DNA of 30,282 nt, taken from positions 1-30,282 of the forward strand of contig NEEC01000110.1 in NCBI GenBank assembly GCA_002189035.1, given 5' to 3'. The notes beneath the pieces were generated by a model. That model did not search any database, was not told the DNA's origin, and saw only the letters and a list, made by a program, of their open reading frames with translations. Positions 11,878-21,377 of this stretch are shown here, in pieces. Made by a program: the position numbers and the translations under genes. Each line of letters starts with the position of its first letter. Position 1 is the stretch's first letter. The DNA is from Utricularia gibba (lineage: Eukaryota; Plantae; Magnoliophyta).

Positions 11878-13593
11878 ATGCTGCGAAGATTTACGCTTTC
11901 TCGTCATTTCTTATGTAAAACTGCAAGACCAATGGGTGATGGTGTTCCTTCATCAGTTCGCTGGAAGGTTCGCGGCTGCTGCATTTCATTGTGGGATTCA
12001 ATACTTCCATCTAACGCAAGTTTTTTATATTGTTGGAATTCGAGTGTGGCTGTTGAGCGCTCTTTTCAGTTGAATACATCACTTTTAACTCAGCATCTGA
12101 GACATTTTTGTATAGTAGAGCCCTTCGAAACAGAGAAAGAGTCTGCAGTTGATGAATGCGATCCTGCTGGTAACGTCCACAAAACAGTGTTGGATCATGC
12201 GCGTCCGGAATATAAAATGGAGGCAGCTCTTGATGGTTTAGGCATCCGACTGACTACTACTTTGGTGGTGGAGGTTCTACACAGGCTTAGATTTGATGAG
12301 AAATTAGCATTGAGGTTCTTTACTTGGGCGGGGCACAGTGAATATTATAGCCATGAGACTGAGTCCTACAATAAGATGATTGACATACTCTCCTGTACTA
12401 AGCACAAGGTCAAGCAGTTTGGTATTGTCTGTGATGTTCTTGATCATATGAAAAGATCAAAAAAGGCATCGATTCCCATTGATGGGCTACTAACTATTTT
12501 GAAGCAGTATACTGAGAAGCACTTGACGCATCTTCAGAAGATTGTCAAGAGGAACAAGAAGATAAGGGTCAAGTCACAACCTGAGATCAATGCATTTAAC
12601 ATGCTTCTGGATGCCTTGTGTAAGTGTTCCCTTGTTGAGGATGCACAGTCCATGTTCGATAGGGTGAAGAACAAGGTAAATCCTAATACGGAAACATACA
12701 ACATTTTGTTTTTTGGATGGTGCAGGGTCAGAAATCCAACTAGAGCCATGAATGTGCTTGAAAATATGATCAGCAGTGGTCACACGCCTGAGAATTTCAC
12801 GTATAACACTGCTATCGATACCTTTTGCAAAGCAGGGATGTTGAATGAAGCTACTGAGCTTTTGGAATTCATGAAGACAAAGGGCTCCACATCCTCTTCT
12901 CCGACAGCAAAAACATTCTCAATCATGATAATTGCACTAGCTCAGAATGACAGAATGGAATCCTGCTTTAAAGTCTTATCTGATATGATGCAGAGGGGAT
13001 GTCTTCCTGATGTTTCAACATACATGGAACTAATAGAAGGCATGTACCTCTCTGGCAAATCCGAAACAGCTTACAAGTTCCTGGATCAGATGACGCACAT
13101 GGGGTACCCTCCAGATATCGTTACTTACAACTGCTTCCTCAAAGTCCTATGTGATCACGACGATGCCGAAGAAGCACTTCTTCTCTACAAGAAAATGACA
13201 GAAGCCAGATGCACTCCCAGCGTGCAAACATACAATATTATGATCTCCATGTTCTTCAGGATCAAAGACTTTGATGGTGCATTCGAGACATGGAGTGAGA
13301 TGGAACAACGAGGGTGTTTCCCGGACACCGAGAGCTATTGCTCGATGATCGAGGGACTGTTCGCGTGTGGGAATTCCAGAGATGCAGTGCTGCTTCTGGA
13401 CAGAGTTATGAACATGGGAATGCAGCTTCCGTATAAGAAGTTTGATGAGTTCCTGGCGCACCTTTCAGCTGCTGGTGACTTGCAAACCATTCACAGGCTT
13501 TCTGATCACATGCGGCAGTTCTACAACCCTGCCATGGCGAGGCGCTTCGCTGTCAGCCAGAAGCGTAGAAGCCTGAGCTTGCGAGGTAAGTGA
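11878..13593 (+). CDS. P-type pentatricopeptide repeat protein, probably organelle-targeted (At1g73400-like), 571 aa, intronless CDS
   Basis: Tandem PPR motifs (PEINAFNMLLDALCKC, PENFTYNTAIDTFCKAG, PDIVTYNCFLKVLCD, PSVQTYNIMISMF). The C-terminus MARRFAVSQKRRSLSLRGK matches my recollection of At1g73400. ATG 11878 is preferred over the ORF-track start because a TTCCAG acceptor ends at 11871, pairing with a donor at 11667. The N-terminus is R/S-rich and transit-peptide-like. Confidence 0.92.
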   Translation: MLRRFTLSRHFLCKTARPMGDGVPSSVRWKVRGCCISLWDSILPSNASFLYCWNSSVAVERSFQLNTSLLTQHLRHFCIVEPFETEKESAVDECDPAGNVHKTVLDHARPEYKMEAALDGLGIRLTTTLVVEVLHRLRFDEKLALRFFTWAGHSEYYSHETESYNKMIDILSCTKHKVKQFGIVCDVLDHMKRSKKASIPIDGLLTILKQYTEKHLTHLQKIVKRNKKIRVKSQPEINAFNMLLDALCKCSLVEDAQSMFDRVKNKVNPNTETYNILFFGWCRVRNPTRAMNVLENMISSGHTPENFTYNTAIDTFCKAGMLNEATELLEFMKTKGSTSSSPTAKTFSIMIIALAQNDRMESCFKVLSDMMQRGCLPDVSTYMELIEGMYLSGKSETAYKFLDQMTHMGYPPDIVTYNCFLKVLCDHDDAEEALLLYKKMTEARCTPSVQTYNIMISMFFRIKDFDGAFETWSEMEQRGCFPDTESYCSMIEGLFACGNSRDAVLLLDRVMNMGMQLPYKKFDEFLAHLSAAGDLQTIHRLSDHMRQFYNPAMARRFAVSQKRRSLSLRGK

Positions 13594-14382
13594 CTGAGAT
13601 GACTCCCTGGTGTAATCTCCTCATCTCTTGTATTGTCTATGCTTTAAAAGTAGCCTTTTTTTTTAGTAAAAAAAAAAGGAGTGAGAAGTATTTATTATTG
13701 AATTTTTAGGTAATATTAGATTTAGTTGTGATTTTAAAAGATGACTTTGAAAAATGACCATTCTATTATTACTATATATTAAAAATAATCATTAAAATTT
13801 TAATCTTAGTGTATGAGAAAGAATGTTAGTATAGTTAATTTTAAAAAGTATCGATTTTAAATGGTGATTTATTTAAATTAAATGTTTGAAAAAAATTTTT
13901 ATTTTAAAGAGATATTTTAATTTTAAGTCCATTTATATAATTTGAAAATTTGTATGCATGTGATGGGTTGTTTTATTTTAAATTTTATTTGATTTTCAAT
14001 TATATACTTTAATTTTAAAATAAGTATTTTTGTTGTTTAAAAAATTATGATTAAACTATTATATTTCATGAATTATTTATAATAATAATTAGATTACATT
14101 CGATAAAATTATGATTTAAGATTGTTTTTTTATTTTTAAAAATAAAATTGAAAAGTAATGAATTATGAAAATCCAATTAAATGTAAAAAACTAAAAACAC
14201 GGAGAAAAAGAGGAGGTACATCCAACATGCATTTATTCGATTAAAAGCACGTGATGATATTCCAAGAATCAGAATTTCACCGGAGATTCGTCGGTAAAAG
14301 TGGGTTAACGGTCTAACCAGTCAGGGAACGTTTGAATCGTAAAGATACAGTTTTTACCATTTACCGTGATTCGTCCGCCACC

Positions 14383-14391
14383 TATATATAA
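14383..14391 (+). promoter_or_regulatory. TATA box of the fructokinase gene
   Basis: CCTATATATAAGCC; the box ends about 90 nt before ATG 14483. Confidence 0.7.
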
Positions 14392-14482
14392 GCCCCGCTT
14401 CATGTGTGTATCGTCTCTGGTGGTTTTTCCGCACTTTGTTGGTTTCCATTTGTGCAGTGTGTATACACTACAGTGCGCATAA

Positions 14483-16315
14483 ATGGCGGCGGCTGCTGGA
14501 ACCGGAAGTGGTGGTTTGATCATTAGCTTCGGGGAGATGCTGATCGACTTCGTGCCCACTGTTTCTGGGGTGTCGCTGGCGGAGGCGCCTGGGTTTCTCA
14601 AAGCGCCGGGTGGTGCGCCGGCGAACGTCGCGATCGCGGTAGCGAGGTTGGGCGGGAATGCGGCTTTCGTCGGGAAGCTGGGAGATGATGAGTTTGGGCA
14701 AATGTTGGCTGGGATTCTGAAGGAGAATGGGGTCTCTGCGGAGGGGGTCAACTTCGACTCCGGCGCGCGGACGGCACTGGCGTTCGTTACTTTGCGTGCT
14801 GATGGGGAGCGGGAGTTCATGTTCTATAGGAATCCTAGCGCTGATATGCTGCTCACCCCGGAGGAGTTGAATCTTGACCTTATCAGATCTGTGAGTTTCC
14901 AACTCTTTACTCTGGTTTTGGATGCACTGATGGTGTTTGTGTCTGTGCCTGAATGATGATGTTCAAGCTTTCTTTCTTTCGCGTCACATGATAGTGTTCT
15001 TACTGACTTTTGGGTTGAGGTGGCAAGTGCAATTTACTCCGTTTGTGGTGGAGAAAAAAAAAGATGGTCCTGGTTTAGCGAGTTGTTCCTTGTACCGAAT
15101 TCCCATCGTCCCCTATCTCTGCATTTACCGAGCTTTTCTTTAGCTGCACTCTAAGCTGATTGTTGGGCTTCAATGAAAATGGTTGGAATCATGTTCTCTT
15201 TTGCTCATGAATATCGTAGATATTCATTTTTTGAATGGTTATGTACAGGCAAAAGTGTTCCACTACGGATCAATCAGCTTGATCGTGGAGCCATGCCGAT
15301 CAGCTCATCTGAAAGCGATGGAGGTTGCTAAGGAGGCTGGTGCTTTGCTTTCATATGATCCAAATCTCCGGCTACCCCTGTGGGCCTCGCCTGATTATGC
15401 TCGGGAGCAGATCATGAGCATATGGGACAAGGCAGATGTGATCAAGGTCAGTGATGTGGAACTGGAATTCCTCACTGGGAACAACAAAATTGATGATGAA
15501 TCAACCATGACTCTCTGGCACCCAAACTTGAAACTCCTGCTGGTTACCTTGGGAGAGAATGGATGCAGATACTACACTCAGGTACTCGCTTTCTGCACTG
15601 AATTGTTTTTAGTTGACTTCAAACTTCTACATCAGAGGACAGTGGAAAAAGAAAAGGCTTTCAAACTTCTTGCTCTTGAAAGAGTGGTAAAGAGATGGTG
15701 CTTGAGCTCCATCATCCTTGTGCTGTTCAGGATCACAAAGTGTGTGGGAATCGATTCTTTATAAAAAGAACAGATAAACAACCTTAGAATCTGCTTCGAC
15801 TTCATAATCGAATCCTCACCGGGATGCACTATCTTTGACACTTTGATGCATCCATCTTTAAGTTTATTTGTCCTGTTCAGTTATAAGATTCCTAACTTGG
15901 AAAATAAAAAATTAGCCTGTGCTGAATCACACTGGCTGTTGCATTCGAAGACTACTACTTCCTTAACCTGCACTTGTTTTCTTTGGGGTGCCCAGAGTTT
16001 CCATGGAGCTGTGGATGCATTTCAAGTGAAAACAGTGGACACAACAGGAGCAGGCGACTCTTTTGTGGGAGCTCTACTCACTAAGATCGTTGATGATCAC
16101 TCCATCATCGAGGTAACTTTCGAGTACCCAGAGTTTCCATGGAGGTGAGGTTCAAAATGATTTGGATTACGTTTGTTTGGTGATAGAACGAGGCTAGACT
16201 CAAGGAGGTGCTGAAGTTTGCATGTGCTTGTGGAGCTATTACCACAACACAGAAAGGAGCAATCCCTTCTCTTCCAACTCCTGACAAAGTGCTTAATCTT
16301 CTCAATGGCTTTTGA
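14483..16315 (+). CDS. FRK2: Fructokinase (pfkB family, cytosolic FRK2-like), 328 aa, 4 exons
   Basis: Exons 14483-14890, 15249-15581, 15996-16112, 16187-16315, all phase 0 and GT-AG. pfkB signatures [18 protein letters not shown]...[11 protein letters not shown] and [15 protein letters not shown], plus [10 protein letters not shown] and [16 protein letters not shown]. No transit peptide. Confidence 0.95.
15991..16144. repeat. Exact 18-bp direct repeat: the FRK exon-3 acceptor junction is copied into intron 3
   Basis: CCCAGAGTTTCCATGGAG at 15991-16008 and 16127-16144. Confidence 0.9.
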
Positions 16316-17032
16316 AACGAAGGGAGAGGACAGGGCGGACTCATCCCCTGCTTGTTCACTATGTTTCTGTGATTCAGAAACAATCATCTTTTTTCATGTG
16401 GGATATGTGACAGTTTTAACTGTTAAATGATAATGCCGAAGCACTTTTCCCCCCAAGTCTTCACTACCTTTAGAAATATAACAATATATCTTCATGGCAT
16501 CCGACACATCTCGGACACAATACTAATCAAAAGGGAAGTTGAGACAACTTTTAACAAAAATCAGCATGTAAGAATAAATGTGATATCAATGAGATGGCAT
16601 ATGAATGGTAGCATAAACAACAGGGCAGGGTGCCGTTCAGCAACGAACTACATACACAGTTATCTACAGAAGAAAATTCCAAGTGCCATACTTCACACAA
16701 TCTACAGGTTCAATTGAAAGAATTCTGGAATATGCATACAATCATGATGCAGCTGAAGGCCAGGTGCTAGGATCTAACCTTCAAAGAAATTCTTCATTTT
16801 TTTACATGGGAGATGAACCAGTTGTCGAGCTTCTGTGTGAAATCATATAAAATGTGTTCAAGAGCAAGAAAAAGTAAAACAAAACTGTATCAGTGAGAAT
16901 ATCAGGCATTAAGTGATGAGGCAAGCCACGTTAGTCAAAATCACAGAGGTTTCATGAAGTGGTCCGTGCAATCAAATTGCTGAATCACGCAAGCTGGGAT
17001 AAACAGGGGCTAATTAGTACCTGGTGCATTGA

Positions 17033-17926
17033 CTACTTGTGTTCATCAGCAGAACCGTGATCAGCTTCCACAGAACCTTGATGGATAATATTAGAGATTC
17101 CATGTCCAATAGATTGCCAAAAGCTAGTATTCTGAGATGAAACTGATTCATGAGATGGAAACTCAACTTGTCTTGCCGAAGCTGCATCTAGCTCAGAGAA
17201 TCTTATAGCACCTAAGATTCGCTCTGGTAACTCCGATTCATCTTGGCCCTCGATGAGAAAAGCCAAATCAACGGTAAGTGTTCTTAAGTATCCAAATGCC
17301 AGATGAACTATAGCATTTGCAATCACTGAAGATCCAACATCTATATCAACCTCTATAAAGTTTTCACCTAAAGAATACTTGCACCTAAGTGCCCTACCAA
17401 TTATGCAAATAGCCTGCTCCCCAACTGCAGCTCTCACAATCCAGGGACCTTTCACTATGTTAGCTATCATCTTTAGCCTCGCATTCCGAAATCCATCATC
17501 CTCCTTTAAGAACTTTGCAATCAAAGAATCCTCCTGATTGTTTTCCATCCCCACAAAATAAGCAATCGCAGAGAAGTTTTCTTTAGTTGGGACTTGTAAA
17601 TTGAAAGCCCAAACAAAGGGATTGCAACCTTTTGAGCATTCATCATCCAGTGCTCTCCTAATGTGATATTCAGAGTTATTCAACAATTCTGAAACCTTAG
17701 ATGATCCTCCTTTAACCCAATCAAAACCTAAGGGCTTTAGAAGATAATCTCCACCTGGTATCTTCTCCTTTGTTGTCAGATACTCAGGACCACGAACTTT
17801 GAAAATATCGCCAGGTGGGGAAGCCCAGCCATTTGAACAATCATCTGGATCACGAAGAGGAACAGAACCCTCTGATTTCACTCGTTCAATCCAATCAAGA
17901 CATGGGCTTTCCTCAGGGTTTTCCAT
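17033..17926 (-). CDS. DUF1336 / EDR2 C-terminal-domain protein (ENHANCED DISEASE RESISTANCE 2-like, At1g06050-like), 297 aa, single coding exon
   Basis: NGWASPPGDIFKVRGPEY, LLKPLGFDW, FVWAFNLQVP, RLKMIANIVKGPWIVRAAVGEQAICIIGR, EVDIDVGSS, VDLAFLIEGQDESELPERILGA are typical DUF1336 motifs. No PH or START domain is present. Confidence 0.9.
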   Translation of the reverse strand: MENPEESPCLDWIERVKSEGSVPLRDPDDCSNGWASPPGDIFKVRGPEYLTTKEKIPGGDYLLKPLGFDWVKGGSSKVSELLNNSEYHIRRALDDECSKGCNPFVWAFNLQVPTKENFSAIAYFVGMENNQEDSLIAKFLKEDDGFRNARLKMIANIVKGPWIVRAAVGEQAICIIGRALRCKYSLGENFIEVDIDVGSSVIANAIVHLAFGYLRTLTVDLAFLIEGQDESELPERILGAIRFSELDAASARQVEFPSHESVSSQNTSFWQSIGHGISNIIHQGSVEADHGSADEHK

Positions 17927-19354
17927 AAAGCAATAATCTGTTCAGGAACAAAAACCAACCAACATCAGGGCAGTCCATCCAATGCTTCTTCAAGTAAACA
18001 GAAGAGAAATTTCACCTGTAAGCAGACACAACAAGAATGCGGGATCTGGGGGCCGGAGCTGTAGATCACGCAGAGATTCTTTGAAAATGAGTTGCAACCG
18101 TTGCGTATGATCAACACTGAATCGATGAGGTGGATCTCAGCCAACTGCAAATTCCAGACTCAATCCTCTTTAAGCAAAATCACATTTTGCTTTGAAATTT
18201 CAGTTACAAGCAAGGTATCTTTTTCCAATAAACAAATGAAATTTAATTGCATAATGTTTTCCCACCTTCCAATTTTACCCTTCAATTCCAATATTTAAAC
18301 GGATTAAAAATAAATCCTATTGTAATTCAAAAAGGTTTCGAGTGTGTTATGTAATTTGAAATTGTATTTTAAACTATGTAGAATAAAATTATTGTTTTTA
18401 AAAATATATTAATAAAAGCAATTTGATATTCTAAAATTATTTTATACAATAATATAAATTTAATAATATTATTTATTTATTTATTTAAATTTTAATAGAT
18501 TAAATTATTATATAATTTCATATTATAATATAAATATATTTTTAGAATAGATAAAAAGAGAATGATATACTATTTTAATTAATTTTATTTAATCTCTTAA
18601 ACATAGATTCCAGAAATTCATGATTTCTAAAGTTAATTACAGAATATAAATTTCTAATTTTACTATATAGCAGTTAAAAATTGAAATCCTTAAAAATTAA
18701 ACATAATTAATTCAAAAAATTAATAACATATAACAAGCCCTATATTTCCATAAACTGATGATTTTGAATATGAACACTCTATGAGAATGGTAATGAATCC
18801 ATTACATAGTTATTTAGTTTGTGTTTATAAAATGAAAATAATGTTTTTTCCTTATCTATTTTTTATAGAAAAGAAAATTAAAAAATATATAAATCATAAA
18901 AAAAATTCAAAATAACCCAATTCCATAGCCTTACATTCATCACATTCTAATGCAAATAACCATACAAGAAGAGATGTGTAATATCATTTAATCACATGTT
19001 AATTTCACTTAAATTTCATAGTCAAAGGATCTAAAAATAACTAGTAATCATTCCATATAATTCTCTATGTGAATTTCAATTCACCAAAACCACTTGTGAG
19101 AATCAAATAAATAAAAATCAGCATTCATAAATAAAAGTAAATAATTTTTTATCAACTATAATAAAATGAAGGATTAAGATTGGATTTATTTCAAATCTAT
19201 AGCAAATCATTTGGAAGACTATTGAAAGAAAAGCACACAATTGTGACTTTGGTTACTGTGAACCATGAGGATTTTGGGATTTGATAGGGTTAGAAAGTTT
19301 TTTTTTTTAATTTTTAAATGTAAAGAAGAAAAATTGAAAGGATGTGGAATTTCT

Positions 19355-19358
<4 letters not shown>

Positions 19359-19386
<28 letters not shown>
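19359..19386. repeat. (TA)14 microsatellite
   Basis: Read directly. Confidence 0.95.
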
Positions 19387-19387
<1 letters not shown>

Positions 19388-19390
<3 letters not shown>

Positions 19391-19487
19391 GCCTCCTTAG
19401 ACCACAAGTTTAGGGCTTATGGCCCAAAATCCAAAGCCCATGTGAGGTTCTGGCGATGGTGCCCGCCTGCTGGGTGACTCTAGGGTT
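19388..19487 (+). promoter_or_regulatory. Site II (TGGGCY) x3 plus telo-box-like element upstream of the uncharacterised gene
   Basis: TGGGCC 19388-19393, GGCCCA 19421-19426, AGCCCA 19435-19440, TAGGGTT 19481-19487. Confidence 0.65.
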
Positions 19488-19943
19488 GGGGTATTTTTCC
19501 TGCGGTACCGAACTTTCAATTGACTACAATTTTCAGAATTCAGTGGTATGGTGGAGCCACTATTCGGTGTCTTTGTGGTGCTGCTAACTGCTTACTGTTC
19601 CTAGGTGCAAAATCGCTTGGTTTCCAGGTTTCGATCTTCTTTAACATCGGCATTCAATGAAGAAAGAATCATCTTACTAGGTTATGCGTTAGAATGCTGC
19701 ATTTCACGAAACTAGATTGAAATCTCATGTCTTGTGTATTGGGTTACTAATCCGAACACTGAATTGCTTTCTTTTTGTGTGTTTTAGGTCATCTTGCTGC
19801 GAGAGTGTGTGTATATGATGTGCAAACCTGTAAGATGTGCATCAGTCTGAGAAATAAGCATCCAAAAATTTGAATAGATTATTAATCCAGTCTGAATAGA
19901 TTGCTCTATTGTCTGCCTCCGGAGTACAACCACCTCTGGGAAG

Positions 19944-20913
19944 ATGGGGACTCCAGGTACATTTTGGGGGCAAGGTCCCTCTCAGGTTTTTTAGTTGTTG
20001 ACAGAATCTGTGTTGATTGAATGAAGGAGTTTTTGGTTTATATGTTACGTTGTTGAAAATATTCCACTCTATGATTCTGCAGAAGATGATCCTTTTCCAC
20101 AGCCTGCTCAGACAACTTCAGTCAAATCCGAACCTGTTGAAAACTTCCCACCTGCTGTCGAAAATGCAGTTGGACCTGAAGTTAAGTCTGAATCTTCATT
20201 GGTTGTTAAATCAGAGTATTCGTGTGTACTACCAGAGTCAGAAGGAAAAACAAAGGTCGAAACAAATGAGGACGAAGATCACAGTCTAGACGATAAGAAA
20301 ACAGTATTTTCGCAGACTAATGCTATGATATCTCGGATTAGAAGCAATACTGCTGCACGGAATTATAACATTGCACCGGGGCCGTTGTTGAAGAAAAGAC
20401 CTCAGAGTAGTGGTAAGCAGAAATCGAGAATATCCAGCAAGAAACACGTTAGTTCAAAACCTGTTCCAGAGCTCTTTGCTTCAAGGAAAGCCCAGGAGGA
20501 AATAAGAACATATGAGGTATGACTCGGTTGGCATTTTTTGTGTGCCTCTAAAATTTGTGACTCGGTTGGCATTTTTTGTGTGACTCGGCTTTCATTCGAG
20601 TAATGCCTTCAACTCCGCTTCCATACTGTTTTGCTAATGCGTCGTGTATGATTTTCAGGAACTGAAGAACGTAGCAACCACTGAGCTGAATTCTTTGTAT
20701 GATGAGATTCGTCCGGTGATTGAAGAACATGAAAGGGACAATCAAGACAACATTTCTACTAGTGTAGCAGAAAAATGGATGCAAGCTACCTGTGCCAAAT
20801 GGAAGGCAGAGTTCGATTTTCACTTTTCGATTGTGAAGAATGTCATTTGCCCTTCCAATCCCAACACAGAGGAAGCAAAACCTGCCACAGGTGGGGAACT
20901 AATTGAGAACTAG
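19944..20913 (+). CDS. Uncharacterised plant protein, about 233 aa, 3 coding exons
   Basis: Exons 19944-19956, 20083-20516 and 20659-20913 join in frame (702 nt) with GT-AG sites. The protein has a P/E/S-rich N-terminus, a basic tract (LLKKRPQSSGKQKSRISSKKH) and a helical-looking C-terminus (ELNSLYDEIRPVIEEHERD...AEKWMQATCAKWKAEFD). The start exon is less certain than the other two. Confidence 0.72.
20520..20588. repeat. 25-bp direct repeat x2 plus a partial third copy at the 5' end of an intron
   Basis: TGACTCGGTTGGCATTTTTTGTGTG at 20520-20544 and 20558-20582; TGACTCGG again at 20581-20588. Confidence 0.9.
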
Positions 20914-21377
20914 TCTAAGTCAAGTGTAAATCAGATATCTGTAGTTGAATTGCAGACATGCCATGTATGTAATTCTATGGTTAAGAGCTCCCATATCTTT
21001 TGATCATGTTTGTAACATTGTTTTCTGAGAGCTGTCAAACATCTGGTCTGGTTCCATACCGGTCCAGCCAGAAACAGCTGTAGAAACATCCGCAATGAAA
21101 GCTCAGCTCAATGATTGAGTTTGTGGTTTTACTGTAGCACAGTGATTCTCTCGGCGCTTCTGTCACAAATTTCATAGGTATTGCTCAAAAATATGCTTGA
21201 TGTAGCTTTTTTGAATTGCATGTTGGTAACTTCACTGTTAGGATGGCATCGCCAAAAAAACTTGGCACGTACAATAAAGGCGGCACCAGCTTCTCCTGTG
21301 GAACGTCAGTTAAGTTACAGCAGGTTTTTGTGGTTGCTTCTACCTGTGCATTAACAGTAATATTGTTGTCAAGTTCA

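Noticed and set aside
14305-14902. Long minus-strand ORFs (171 aa and 144 aa) opposite fructokinase exon 1
   Set aside because: These are antisense shadows of a GC-rich, codon-biased exon, with no independent motifs.
18334-18740. Possible MITE bounded by GAGTGTGTTATG ... CATAACAAGCCC
   Set aside because: Only about 8 bp of inverted match in very AT-rich DNA and no clear target-site duplication.
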